A DNA stretch of 52,000 nucleotides. Origin: Tubulanus polymorphus (lineage: Eukaryota; Animalia; Nemertea). Within the stretch, counting starts at the first letter, position 1, and each line of letters opens with the position of its first letter. The DNA lies in the NCBI RefSeq assembly GCF_964204645.1, contig NW_027437481.1:1-52000 (forward strand). The letters are read 5' to 3'. The translations under genes and the position numbers were made by a program. Shown in pieces: positions 12,075 through 24,603 of this stretch. The notes beneath the pieces were generated by a model. That model was not told the DNA's origin and did not search any database. It worked only from the letters and a program-made list of their open reading frames with translations.

Positions 12075-12698
12075 ACGTGTTGAAACGCACAAATCGAAAA
12101 ATTATTTTCGGCTAAAAAAAAATCAATTAGCAGAAAATGAGAATGTCAGTACAAAAATTGATTTCTCTTGCAAAAAATATACACTTCTTTCTAATCCTTC
12201 TTCAAAATAAGCAGTGCACGTGGCCAGCGGTACCGAATTCCTTATTCGGTGAAGAAGGGGCTGACACTAATGTTTTTGCCGACGGCGATGTCGATGCTGC
12301 GAGCGAGCAAGACGTGCCGATCCGGTGACGTGCTGGCCGGGAAATTTTACGACTCTAACGCGACTCATCGCAGTTTTTAGGGTCATTACTTTCGTTTAAA
12401 AAAGCGGGTAAAAGTGCAGATCTGCACCTCTCCGCGTAAACGGTTCAATCAATTACATTAAATATCATTGTTTCAGATTCAAAATGTCATCAGCAATTCA
12501 GTACATTGCCATTGGTTAATTTTAAATCTTCACTAGAAAGATTTTAGCCTGGATTCTGTCATTCAGTAGATTGCGTCAATCACGAGAGGTGCGGAGCTGC
12601 ACTTTTACCAAAAAGCGTATTTCAGTGCTGCGGCTGGGAATGACTGCTGCGTGCGCGAGAGCGTAATTCTCCGGGATTCGAACCTCCGGGATTCGAAC
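12075..12698 (-). mobile_element. Interspersed repeat with Pol III B-box (SINE-like), interrupted by the MULE MITE
   Basis: The reverse complement aligns with 48446-48790. GGTTCGAATCC on the minus strand is duplicated as a 15-bp tandem (12669-12698) at the junction with a HINE. Confidence 0.6.
12407..12609. mobile_element. Mutator/MULE-type MITE, copy 2
   Basis: Same TIRs and a perfect 8-bp TSD AAAAAGCG (12399-12406 / 12610-12617). The empty site is present in the paralogous host repeat near 48512. Confidence 0.85.
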
Positions 12699-13951
12699 CA
12701 CTTGGGACTTTAGTCCCAGCGGGCTATTGCGTTCACTTTTCGTCCGTCTGTCCGTCCGTAGACGGAATCCAGTTATTTTGGGAAGTTTTGAAGACGCTTC
12801 AAGGTAATGTCTTGATATTTGGGTTACACATGTATCTACCCTAGACACATCTTCAGCCCAAAAACTGGCCCTGTCAGAATCAAGATGGCCGACTGGCAGC
12901 CATTGTTGTTCACCAAAATCAGCACTTTTTACACATTTTTGAACTTTTTGAGGGAAATTTTGAAGACGCTTCGATCAATTACCTTGATCTTTCGGATATA
13001 TGTGAATCCCCCCAGGGCCCATCAACATAACAAAAATTGGGTCGGTCGGACTCAAGATGGCCGTCCTATGACCTTTTTAGTGCCCAAAAATGTTAATTTT
13101 GGCCCAAATTCTGAGTCCTGTAGCTTCCTACTGGTTTGCCATTTCTCATTACAATTTGTGATGGGTATTCTTTGGAAAGGGATGTTTTATACCTGAGACA
13201 GGTATTTTTCATCAGCCAATTATGATGCAATTGGCGGCCTTCTTGGTGTCACCAGTACTCATTCGTAAGTTGGAAAAAGTTTTTCCACATTATATTGATA
13301 CCTAAGCGTATTTTGCTACCACAATCAATTAGAAAGTTGTAGCTCATAACGTGTTCTATGATTGTGGTGAGTTTCAAGGTAATTGGATTTCGTATATGGC
13401 CACCAGGGGGTGTTGAATAATACAATATCTTAGCATTTCTTTATTATATTCTTATCAATGCATATTTTGTAACCACAATCGATTGGAAAGTTGTAGCTCA
13501 TGACATCATCTATGATTGTTGCGAGTTTTAAGGACATAAATTTTTCTATATGGTCACCAGGGGGCGTTGAATAGTAGAATAACTTAGTATTTCCTTATTA
13601 TATTGGTACCTAGGCATATTTTGTTACCATGATCAATTGCAAAGTTGTAGTTCGTGACATATTCTATGATTGTGGTGAGTTTCGAGGTCATTGGGTTTTG
13701 AATATGGTCACCAGGGGCGTTGAATAGTAGAATGACTTAGTATTTCCATATTAAATTGGTAACGAGGCATATTTTGTTATCACAATCAATTACAAAATCA
13801 TAGCTGCTGACAGGTTCTATGATTGTGGTGAGTTTCAAGGTCATTGGTTTTTGTAAATGGTCACCAGAGGGCGTTGAATGTTGAAATTGTTAGATTGTTG
13901 AGCATTTGAAACCACTTCCCTAGTGGGCATGGTGTCCCTGGACCCCTAGTT
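12698..13951 (+). mobile_element. Helentron-associated non-autonomous element (HINE/DINE-1-like), copy 1
   Basis: 5' subTIR plus hairpin CCACTTGGGACTTTAGTCCCA, a (GTCY)n microsatellite, about four 154-bp internal tandem units (CACCAG at 13401, 13555, 13709, 13862), 3' subTIR TCCCTAGTGGG, terminal hairpin GTGTCCCTGGACCC and CTAGTTT end. Confidence 0.85.
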
Positions 13952-14034
13952 TAATCACTTGGAGCACTGATCCCCCTTAGAATTTATCATATCTAACTTT
14001 AAAAGAAACATTTTGTCTTGATATTTCCACTTGA

Positions 14035-15071
14035 TTTTAAGCCCACTTGGGACTTAAGTCGCAGCGGGCTATTGCGTTCACTTTTCGTCTGTTGTCCGTT
14101 CATCCGTCCATAGACGGAATCCAGTTATTTTGGGAAGTTTTAAAGATGCTTCAATTTAATGTCTTGGTTTTTGGGTTACACATCTTTAAGGCCAAAAACT
14201 GGTCCTGTCAGAATCAAGATGGTCGACTGGCAGCCATCGTTGTTTGCCAAAATCACTTTTTACACATTCTTGAAGTTTTTGAGGGAAATTTTGAAGAGGC
14301 TGTTATCAAATACCTTGATCTTTCGTATATATTTGTATCCCCCAAGGGCCCATCAGCGAGAGAAAAATTGGGTCGATCATACTCAAAATGGCCGTCCTGT
14401 GACCTTTTTTGTGCCCAAAAATGTCAATTTTGGCCTGAATTCTGAGTCCTGTAACTTCCTCATTGTTTGCCATTTTTCATTGCAATTTGTGATGGGTATT
14501 CCTTAAAAAGAGATCGTTTATACCCGAGACAGGTATTTTTGATCAGCCAATGATGACGCAATTGGCTGTCATCTTGGTGTCATCAGTACCGGTACTCATT
14601 TGTAGGAGGAAAAAAGTATTTCCAAATAATATTGATACCAAAACATATTTTGTTACCACAATCAATTGGAACGTTGTAGTTCTAGATTGTGGTGAGTTTC
14701 AAGGTCATTAGTTTTTGTATATGGCCATCCGGGGGCATTGAACAATGCAATAACTTAGTATTTCTATATTATATTTGTACCTATACATATTTTGTTACCA
14801 CAATCAATTGAAAAGTTGTAGCTCATGACATGTTTAATGATTATGGTGAGTTTCAAGGTCATTAGTTATTCTATATAGTCACCAGGGGGTGTTGAAAAGT
14901 AGAATAGCTTAGTATTTCCTGATTATATTGGTACCTATGATCAATTGCAAAGTTGTAGCTCATGACATGTTCTTTGAATTAAGTGAGTTTCTAGGTCATA
15001 TTGCTTTGCATATGGTTACCAGGGGCGTTGAATACTAGAATAACTTAGTATTTCCAAATTATATTGGTAAC
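14035..15071 (+). mobile_element. HINE copy 2 (3'-truncated)
   Basis: Starts TTTTAAGCCCACTTGGGAC and is collinear with copy 1. It stops inside the tandem array. Confidence 0.85.
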
Positions 15072-15165
15072 TATCAGCCCATGTGTAGTAACTAGATCAG
15101 CTCTAGCTTGAGTGAGGCTGTGTATGAGGGATAAACATGTGTTTGATGTAGGCAAACGTACTTGT

Positions 15166-15230
15166 TTAACCCTTTCACTGCAAGTATTTTGTAATCAATT
15201 AACCCTCTCCTGCCACTTATAGTTAGTGGT
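15166..15230 (+). mobile_element. piggyBac-like left terminus
   Basis: TTAA+CCCTTTCACTGC with an internal TTAACCCT copy. It resembles the reverse complement of the right end at 7788-7799, but the two face outward, so they are not one element. Confidence 0.4.
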
Positions 15231-17075
15231 TTTTTTTAGGTATAACATCTATACTATAAGCGGCTAGGCTTCTTTAACTTTGTAACGCGTAATATCCGTT
15301 CGTGTGGCTTCGATTACCCGTTGAATTGTATGGATTGAGCGAGGATGGTCTGATCTGTGTTTTAGAATCGATTTCGTGCCGATACGATAAAGTTTAGGTA
15401 GACTTTTGGACCATTTAAGTTTGGACGCTCCACGTGACGTCACTGCGCGTGATGATCAAAACAAACATTTGAGTGTCAGCTGTTGCTCGGTTTTTGTATA
15501 GTGTGCTTTACTACAGAGACGCTGATGACCTCAATTCATCTCTCTGCCTACAGAGACGCGGGTGACCTCGCGGGGAATCTAATAGTAGAGATTACTGCGA
15601 TGTGAGCATTGGCTGTTGCTTGGTTTTCCACAGAGACGTAGGTGACCTCAATTCGCCTCTGCCTGGGGAATCTAATAGTGGAGATTACTGTATGTATTCG
15701 AGCTCACCATAGCGCCACTTCCTTAACAAAGAAAAGTGTGCCAATCCATTCTTCACACATGGCATGCTCTATGTTCTGTTCCAGAGTAGGTACCCATGAT
15801 CGTGTTACAGTACTCACCCCTCAAAAACAAACCAAAAACATAGTTTACAGGGAAATATTGTAATACTTTTTCTCTTCTTTGATATTTGTTTCTAATGCCT
15901 GACTTATAATGTAGATTTCATATCAATAAATAAATGTAATATTATTTTTATCCCCACCTTAGTGATTTATTATACTCTACCCGTCCGCCAGGACGGGTAC
16001 TTTGCTAGTACAATATATTCAATTAGCTCCATTGCTATTACTACTGAATTTAATTCAAACTATTTAATGCAAACTATATATGGTTAGAAAGTAAATATAC
16101 TAAGCTATCTTATCCCACCAAAAGAAGTAGATGCAGTTTAAACTAGGTCAACCAATGACGTCATCAAGATTGCTGCCAAACTCCGTTCCAATCGAAAAAT
16201 GAAATTTCAAAGTCATATATCATGTTACAGTAAGCAAATATATGATTATTTTCAAGCTAATACACTTATATGTACAACACAATAAAGTTTATTTCATGTT
16301 GATAACCATGGTAATTCAGTTTTGTGCCAGAATATGGTCACTTCACTAATACCAAAATTTTTCGCTTTCGAAACACATTCAATTTTCAGTCAGATTCTTT
16401 TCAACATGCCATTTTTGAAATAAGGATAGGGACACAAAGGAATGTTACAACAAAAATAATGACCAGCTGGCTGATTTCCATCACTGTTATAATCATGATC
16501 ATCCAAATCATTTTCAGCGTTGCCATGGTTACTGTCAAAATCATCACTTCAAAATGCAAACAACTATCCTCAACACCAAACGATGAATTCTCTTATCATA
16601 AATAACGCCACTGCGGGTTGTATGTGAACTTTATGCACGGAGTGAAGGATAAATAAATGACTAATTTACGGCTAATTCGAGCAACTTTTTTCGATAAGTC
16701 AGATCTTGGGTCCCTGTACATATACTTAAGTTTCTTCTGGTTAAGAAATCGCGGAAAGTTCAACTTTGACAGCATTTGCCCTTCAAGGCAGATTTCAAAA
16801 TAAAAAATTTTGATGGAGGCATATAAAGAACATTTTAGACAGGTTTGCACAGATATCAATAAAACTAGGTGATATTTTATAATGATAACGTTACATTTTT
16901 GACTGCGCTGATCTGCTGATCTTCGAAAAATGAGAAACTATGGTTTCTCTTTGTGTGGCCTAACACTTTTTGTTTACTTTTTGTTACGTTCATATACAAG
17001 CAGTCAAAAGTTTGCAAGTATATATTGTACCGTTAAACTTCCTTAATGCAACAACCTTTATTATGAAATGTGTTA

Positions 17076-17506
17076 CAGTGTTCTCGCTGGTTCAAAATTA
17101 AAGCATGGCAGCACGAGCGCCAAAGGCGCGTCCCCATATCAGGAATGGGTGTGGTGTGACCGTTATTGGCATTGATTTCTTTTATTTTTAACACACGGGG
17201 AAATCCCTGGATATTTATAGGCCCTACCACCGGCAGTTCAGTATGCCCTCCCGCTCAGTTGAAACTATACAATTATTGACGTATATAGGCTTTACTAAGT
17301 AACTATGAGAATGTGTTTATTATACAATTATTGATGCTCCGGTTATAAAATTGAGCATGTGAACCTGACAATCTAAGAAAGAGAAAGCCTGATAAGTAAA
17401 TAAACTCCCGACAATTTTTTTAAGCATGGCGTATCTTTTATGGGCGTGGCTGTAAAGTGCCGAAACATGGCGGGCAGCCGTGCTAAAACCCCCAGCCAGA
17501 ACACTG
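17076..17506. mobile_element. MITE with CAGTG...CACTG ends flanked by TA
   Basis: 15-bp TIR CAGTGTTCTCGCTGG / CCAGCCAGAACACTG with TA on both sides. Tc1/mariner-like; hAT with a decayed TSD is not excluded. Confidence 0.7.
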
Positions 17507-19634
17507 TATTATTAGATATGAAATATATGAAACTGGGAATATTGATTTGATTATAGATTTGAAGTGAGTGATGGGAAGAAGAAAGAAATCAGCAAAACCT
17601 CCACCGAAGCGTAAGATTATTGAACCCCTTGACCAAGTATTCAATTGTCCATTCTGTAATCATGAAAAGTCTTGTGAGGTAAAAATGTAAGTATATTGTA
17701 AAAGTTATTTTAAGTATAGATATAGCTGCGTTGCAGCTATAACAGGTTTTTGCCTTCCTGGATCGAACGTTATACAGGGATGCGTGCAAACATTTCACCG
17801 GAAATCGGAAACCGTTACAATCCACTTTTTTGAAGGAGCGCCACCCAGTGGTCAGCTCATAACATGGATATGTGGACCGACTTATGCCACTACGGGCACG
17901 TGCTACTACGTGTAAAGTACTAATTTGCCAAGTTTAGGGAAAGTAACATCGAGAATAATGCAGATACAGTGTTTTAACGATTTCCTGGTGGCAGTTTAAG
18001 CGAATTCGGTTATTATTAGTCCCAACAAATAGTCAACAAGATACGAAAACCGAATTTGGCCCAAGGCACTCGACAGATTCAAGATGGCATCTCCGTGATA
18101 TAACCAATACATAAGTTAGGCCGATATGTAGGGTTAACTACGCAGGAGGGAAGGCCTAGTAAGAGTGACAAGTCAGTCCGGCCAGTCACAAGATCAGATG
18201 GGGACTACAATTCACATATGAAATTGAAATCCAATAACCATTATAAGAACATCACGAACGGTACCATCACTCCCCCTTTACTCACTGTCACTGCTGCTGA
18301 CATTCTTTATCGGTGCAATGGGTAGGTATTTTCAACTGACTTTCTTCTATGACATCACCAATGCCACTGTGTCATGATGTGATGTACAAGGGAACTCTAA
18401 TTTGTAATGTATGTGATGTACCAACTGACTTTAGACCGTTTTATATCGGTGACAACAAGATAACACTGACGCTGACATTTTCTGATTCTAACTTGAATGA
18501 CCGCCGATGTGGCCTAATGGACCGGACCAATTCAATTCAATAAAAAAAACGCGTTCCGGTACAATAAATAAATACCTATACCCTGTTGAATTTTTAGATT
18601 CAGCGCAGCTGAATCTATTAGTTTACTAAATGGTGCCGACTGATTAGTGTTGCACAACTTCTCCGCTTAATGTGTAGCACCTGACGGTATGAGTGTTATG
18701 TCAACAGGATTGTTACAGTTGTAGGGTCATAATTTCTGGTGGTATGGATATCTGGTGTATCTTATTTGGGCCCTGAGGGCTAATTTCCATACGATTTTGG
18801 GCATTTCTGGAGAGACATGTGACGTCATTTTCGCGTGGAGGCGAGACCGCAGCACGCCCATCTGAATGACATTTATACATGTAGATATACGCGCTGTAAA
18901 AAGATCCTCGTACCAGTAGGCCAACATCTTATCGCATGAGTCCGAAACTGCAAATATTTTCTAAGTAGATGCAATCGATCGTCCCTTAAAACTTTCATAA
19001 TATTTTACGGGAAAATGTAGTTTCCATGCGCTAGTAGATAAATACTGAATATTGCGAATGGATACGTGACTACGGCGCGCCGCCATTGACTTACTGTGAC
19101 GCGAGTCTAGAGGTAGGTACCGGCATTTTACATTCTTTTTGTGAAAATGATAGGATTTGATGCGTATATTATGTTTAGACTAGATGTCAATAAAGCGTTG
19201 AATCGTTTTTTTGTCGAGAATAAGAGTTGTCAATGCGTATTTAACTGGCAATTTCACTGATGATGTGTCTTGTCAGTTCCCCTCCGGCGGCACTAAGGCC
19301 TAAACATACGTCAATTTTTTTTCGCTAGCTCGGTCGGTACTTGTAGGTGATGTTAGGATATTACTTGCCCATATATCCAGACAGTGGTCTTGAATCTACC
19401 ATTATGTATTTTTATCGTATTATTGGGTCCATGAATTACACAAGCGCTTTCCAGCCTTAGTTCAGTGAAGCTTCACCTTTCTTTGAATGCATTCGGTCGA
19501 AGCGACCATATATACGTGCTGTGCTGTACAACGTAGTTGTACAACCACAGACGCAATTTATTCAGTTCATTAAAAAAACAATACCTTACTGCTGGAGTTA
19601 CCGTTTTGGCGCTTGGGCTTAATAAATATTCCAA

Positions 19635-20183
19635 TAAGGCCATCCCAAACCAATGGTCTGTTTGCCGTAACCCGACCGACCCGACTTCAAAGGTACCGGG
19701 TGAAAACTTTTTTCTGGGATTCATTGAAATAAATTTTATTTTTTATAAAAACGGCCGACCGACCCACTGCCGATGTATGAGCTACGTATGTTTGAAGTGT
19801 GCAGTGTGTGAAAGCATGCCTTGACATGTGGCCTAGTTTAAGTTTTCCAGGAAACTGGCAGTGTTCCAATAAGCTGCCATTCATTCTAATAGTGACTATA
19901 TTAAAGCTGGTAACATAAAAACGCGCATATATTCAAGTACTGTTCCATTTTTAACAGAGATTACGCTCTGGACGAGGTTATAATTTTAGAATAATTCTTT
20001 AAATCTATGCAACGCAATTAGACAAATTTTCTGTGCACAACGTAGATTTGTGATATTGTTTCCATGTAACAAAGGTGATAAATTTGTTTTTTTTTAAAAG
20101 ATTTGGCAAAAAAATTTCTACCTACCTACCTGAAAAGTTGAGTCGGTGTTCGGCAAACAGACAATTATTTTGGGATAGCCTAA
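19635..20183. mobile_element. MITE (TAAGGC...GCCTAA ends, CCGAC motifs)
   Basis: TAAGGCCATCCCAAACCAATGGTCTGTTTGCCG / CGGCAAACAGACAATTATTTTGGGATAGCCTAA. Confidence 0.8.
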
Positions 20184-20451
20184 AATATAAGGCTATTTTA
20201 TTTTCATCCTTGAGTTCATTTATTTTTCAACAAGAAATACATACCGATATAGGCTTAGGCCATATATAGATCAATTTTTTTGAAACCCGGGGATATAAAA
20301 GGCTTAACTATCGAAACCCCATTATGATGCCTGCTGAAAATGCCACATCCCTGCAATATTAATAACCCTGTTATGCACCGTTAATAATTTAATAGTTAAT
20401 AATTTTTACATTCCATTTTGACCAGGTGTGCGCTTCACTACTAGGCCTACC

Positions 20452-21017
20452 ATACACTAATATTAACCCTTCACCACTTACCATGCACTGATATTAACCC
20501 TTCACCACTTACCATACGCCGATATTAACCCTTCCCCATTTACCATACACCGATATTAACCCTTCACCACTTACCATGCACCGATATTAACCCTTCCCCA
20601 CTTACCATACGTCGATATTAACCCTTCCCCACATACCATACACTGATATTAACCCTTCACCGCTTACTATGCACTGATATTAACCCTTCACCACTTACCA
20701 TACGCTGATATTAACCCTTCCCCACTTACCATTCACCGATATTAACCCTTCACCACTTACAATTCACCGATATTAACCCCTTTGCCACTTATTATGCACT
20801 GAGTGTAACCCTTCACCACTTACCATACACTGATATTAACCCTTCACAACTTACCGTACACTGATATTAACCCTTCACTACTAACCATACACTGATATCA
20901 ACCCTTCACCTCTGACCATACACAGATATTAACCCTTCAACACTTACCATACACTGATATTAACCCTTCACCACTTACCATACACTGATATTAACTCTTC
21001 ACTACTTACCATACACG
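20452..21017. repeat. 31-bp minisatellite, ~18 copies
   Basis: Consensus GATATTAACCCTTCACCACTTACCATACACT. Confidence 0.95.
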
Positions 21018-21260
21018 AATTCCTGTGTTGCAACTGAAATGGTAAACACATTTGGTCCTACCTTAATGCAGTTGCTTGCATACCATAAACCCAATAAAGT
21101 ATGTGCTACTAATTGAAATTAATGGCTCCATTCAAGTTCTACGTAACTTAGTATATTGAGTTTAAACCTTTAAAGCAATAGCAAGGTATACCACCAATGA
21201 TAACCAGAAAAGGTGTTACTAATCACATGAGTTAACTTTTTTTGCCATTATTTTTTTCAG

Positions 21261-21407
21261 ATGATGAATATACAGAAACTACAGACGAAAAAGAATCCCA
21301 CGACTGTAGCACATTTACCTCTGAGGGTTGCAATAAAGAAGTTAATAAGAAAAATATACTACTGCTGTTGCTGCTGCTTGGTCCCCAGTTTCATGCGTTG
21401 TAACTGA
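21261..21407 (+). CDS. Candidate terminal exon / small ORF (48 aa, basic, poly-Cys)
   Basis: Strong acceptor (ttttttt...tttttttcAG) immediately before ATG. Reads MMNIQKLQTKKNPTTVAHLPLRVAIKKLIRKIYYCCCCCLVPSFMRCN*. AATAAA at ~21743. No recognised homology. Confidence 0.3.
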   Translation: MMNIQKLQTKKNPTTVAHLPLRVAIKKLIRKIYYCCCCCLVPSFMRCN

Positions 21408-21956
21408 CAGCTTTGCAAAGGCCAAAATGATAGTATGAAACCAGAATCATAATTCGTGCAAACACTAGAAATTGAGGGTTTATTCATACATCATAGCAGG
21501 CACTGGTCCAAATAAGTTCCCTCAATCAATTTTTGGTTACTTGGTCCAGTGGAGGGTAAACCACTCTTCTTTTTATGAGAACCATGTCATCATCCCATGA
21601 CAATTTGTCAAGCACATGACTATTTACTTTCAAAGCTGAATATCACTGTGCCCATGGGCACCTTGTTGTAGTATTGATATCCGCGAACAAATCAAATATT
21701 ATTATAGAATGTTTATAAGGAACTGCTTTTTATAACAGTATGAATAAACTTATTTCACAAACAAAGAAGTACACTTTGAACTTGTGAATGGTCGAACCCC
21801 TGTTATTCATAGTAACCTGTGATTTGAAGATTCTCGGAGCGTTCCTTCTGTATTTGTTTATGAAATGACGTCACGAACTTCCAGATTTGCCCAAGTTCGC
21901 GCCATAATTGGTGATTGCTATTTCCACCGGTGCTAGCTTTAAGTAATTTTAAATTT

Positions 21957-22108
21957 AAAATATAGCTGCATTGCAGCGATAACGGGTTTCTGCCAAATTG
22001 GTTCATATGTTGAACTGGGAAGCGTACGAAGATTTCATCGAAATAATTCTAGCCCATAACATATGACTATTGCCAAGAAGCGCAACCTGGTCTATGCAGC
22101 TATATTTT
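21957..22108. mobile_element. End fragment of a second hairpin-terminated (Helentron-like) family
   Basis: ATATAGCTGC-NNN-GCAGCKATAACRGGTTT recurs at ~17720, 21960 and 28047. This copy also has an inverted TGCAGCTATATTTT at 22095-22108. Confidence 0.5.
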
Positions 22109-22329
22109 CTTTAGATATAATTACTCAAGTAAATAGGTAGGCCTACATGAATTAAGGACTACCTCTCGCCCTAGGAGAGTGTCAGATAGGGCAGTGTTGT
22201 CATATCGAGGAATGACGGAATCGCGGAATTTAAAAAAGATAACATTTTATATAGGCCTAGGCCTATAATCTTTAAGGTCATTCGACTTTTATCAACTCTT
22301 CTAGATACACCACTATTGCATTAATCATA

Positions 22330-22973
22330 ATTTGTAGGTGGGAAAAAGTTTTTCGACATTATATTGATATCTAAGTATATTTTTTTATGACAATGAATTA
22401 GAAAGTAAGAGCTTATAACGTGTTCTATGATTGTGGTGAGTTTCAAGTTCATTGTTTTTTGTATATGGCCACTAGGGGGCGTTGAATGATCTAGTATTTC
22501 TGTATTAAATTTGTACCAATACATATTTTGTTACCACAATCAATTGCAAAGTTTTAGTTGTAGGAAATAAGTTTTCTATATGGTCACCAGGGGTTATTGA
22601 ATAGTAGAATAACCTAGTATTTCCTTATTATATTGGTACCTAGGCATATTTTGTTCAATTGCAAAGTTGTAGTTCATGACATATTCTATGATTGTGGTGG
22701 GTTACAAGGTTATTGGGTTTTGAATATGGTCACCAGGGGCATTGAATAGTAGAATAACTTAGTATTTCCATATTAAATTCGTAACGAGGCATATTTTGTT
22801 ATCACAATCAATTACAAAATCGTAGCTGCTGACATGTTCTTTGATTGTGGTTAGTTTCAAGGTCATTGGTTTTTGTATATGGTCACCAGGGGGCGTTGAA
22901 TATTGAAATTGTTAGATTGTTGAGCATTTGAAACCACTTCCCAAGTGGGCATGGTGTCCCTGGACCCCTAGTT
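22330..22973 (+). mobile_element. HINE copy 3 (5'-truncated)
   Basis: 154-bp-type units plus an intact 3' end, TCCCAAGTGGGCATGGTGTCCCTGGACCCCTAGTTT. Confidence 0.85.
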
Positions 22974-23395
22974 TATATGTTATTTTCTTGTTTAATTTTC
23001 AATGAAATGATATTTTGCATACGGGTAGCCTACATGACAGATTTTTTACTTCACACCAGTTTGGCAAGCGCTGGTCCTTTATTGTTCGACTTCGCTGGTG
23101 GATGTATAAATAAATTTGATCTAGGTCACAACGATCGTTATCGGTGAATTAAGGTCAGCTTGTATGAACAAAAGTAGAGCAAAATTGAATGTGGTATAAA
23201 TAGACCTGACTGCTAGTGTGCTGTACTATACGCCAATTACTGGATATAATGTGGATATTTAGAGAGAAATTAAAGCTGCGGATAGCCCCGGGCGTCTGAA
23301 ATTATTTTTTTACATTTATGGAGGCCCTTGCGACCCCACAATTCAAGATAATCAGAAACCATCGGAAACATCATAGTTTAGCATAGGGAAGCGTA

Positions 23396-23660
23396 CACTG
23401 TAAAAAGTATTTCCAAAAGTTAACGGCTAGAAGCCGTAATTTCACGTTGCAGCAGTGTTTCCGGGAATAAATCCGTATAATTCAAATCTCTGATTCGCTG
23501 TTAAAAAACGGCATGGCTGTCATAATTTTAAAACGGATTGAAAACCGTTTTCCGTCATTATGCGGTATATTTCCCGGGCCACAACAGAAACGGATCCATT
23601 GTATGACGGTGGAGATCCGTATATAGACGGTTTTAAATTCTCTGCGAGACGGTGGAAAAC
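23396..23660 (+). mobile_element. CACTA/EnSpm-like left terminus
   Basis: TA+CACTGTAAAAAGT followed by about a dozen ACGG/CCGT subterminal motifs. Confidence 0.55.
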
Positions 23661-24054
23661 CTCAGGTAAATGACCTTGACCTCTATGGACAGCTCATCCT
23701 CCTTCGGGTTTGAAACCACTCTCCAGACCTGGCTCGCGTCCCAGGGCTTGCCAGTTACCACTGACCACATGCGCAGCACAGGAAATCCTACTAAATTCCA
23801 GAAAAGGATGTCTCAATCAAATAGAATACGAACATATAAAAATTCTAATATTATGGAAATATGTTTTCCAAAACAACTGACGTCAAACTATAAACGTGGT
23901 AATTAATAACAAACTGAACACATTTCTCATGATAAAAATAAGGGCATCTTCCCCTTAAAAATTAACGTAATCACAACTCCAATAAAACAACATGTTTGAT
24001 TAGAAAAGCAGTACAAACAGCCATAAGACAAGTAATGCCTAACTATTTCTAATT

Positions 24055-24237
24055 TGACCCAAATTCTACATGTTTAAGGTGTATCCTTGGAGCAATCTTT
24101 ATTACAATATAAATCCATCAATCAATAGTTTACTTTATGAAATTATGACCAAAATTCTTTCTGTTAAAGGTGAATCCTTGGAGCAATCTTTATTACAGAA
24201 TAAATCTTTCCATCAATAGTCCACTTTATGAAATTAT
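24055..24237. repeat. Diverged ~91-bp tandem duplication
   Basis: Two copies sharing ATCCTTGGAGCAATCTTTATTACA and ACTTTATGAAATTAT. Confidence 0.8.
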
Positions 24238-24603
24238 CACACTGGTGTACATAAAACAGATTAGTAATTCATGAAGGGCAAACTCACTTGTGGGTGGACC
24301 AACATATGTACTCTTTATAATGTACATTCAATCTGAGGAAGCTCAAATTCCAAATAAAAATTTGCAAATGCTAAAACAATAAGCTTTAAAAAAACATTAA
24401 GTATATAAAAATGAATTACCTGCTCCATTGAAATCAACAACCATGCCAAAATATCACAATTACTTCGACAATTTTAGCTCTAAAATAATGATCTAAACTA
24501 AAACCTACGGAAGCATCCTGTGAACATATCTATTGAAAACATTTTTCGAGGTTAATTTGGCGTTTGTAACTCGGAATATACTAGTTTTTCAGTTAAAAGC
24601 GAG

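Noticed and set aside
12819-14506. Similar ORFs at 12819, 14047, 14159 (and 26381-26943) suggesting a gene family
   Set aside because: They are chance frames within HINE copies. Frame and stops are not conserved between copies.
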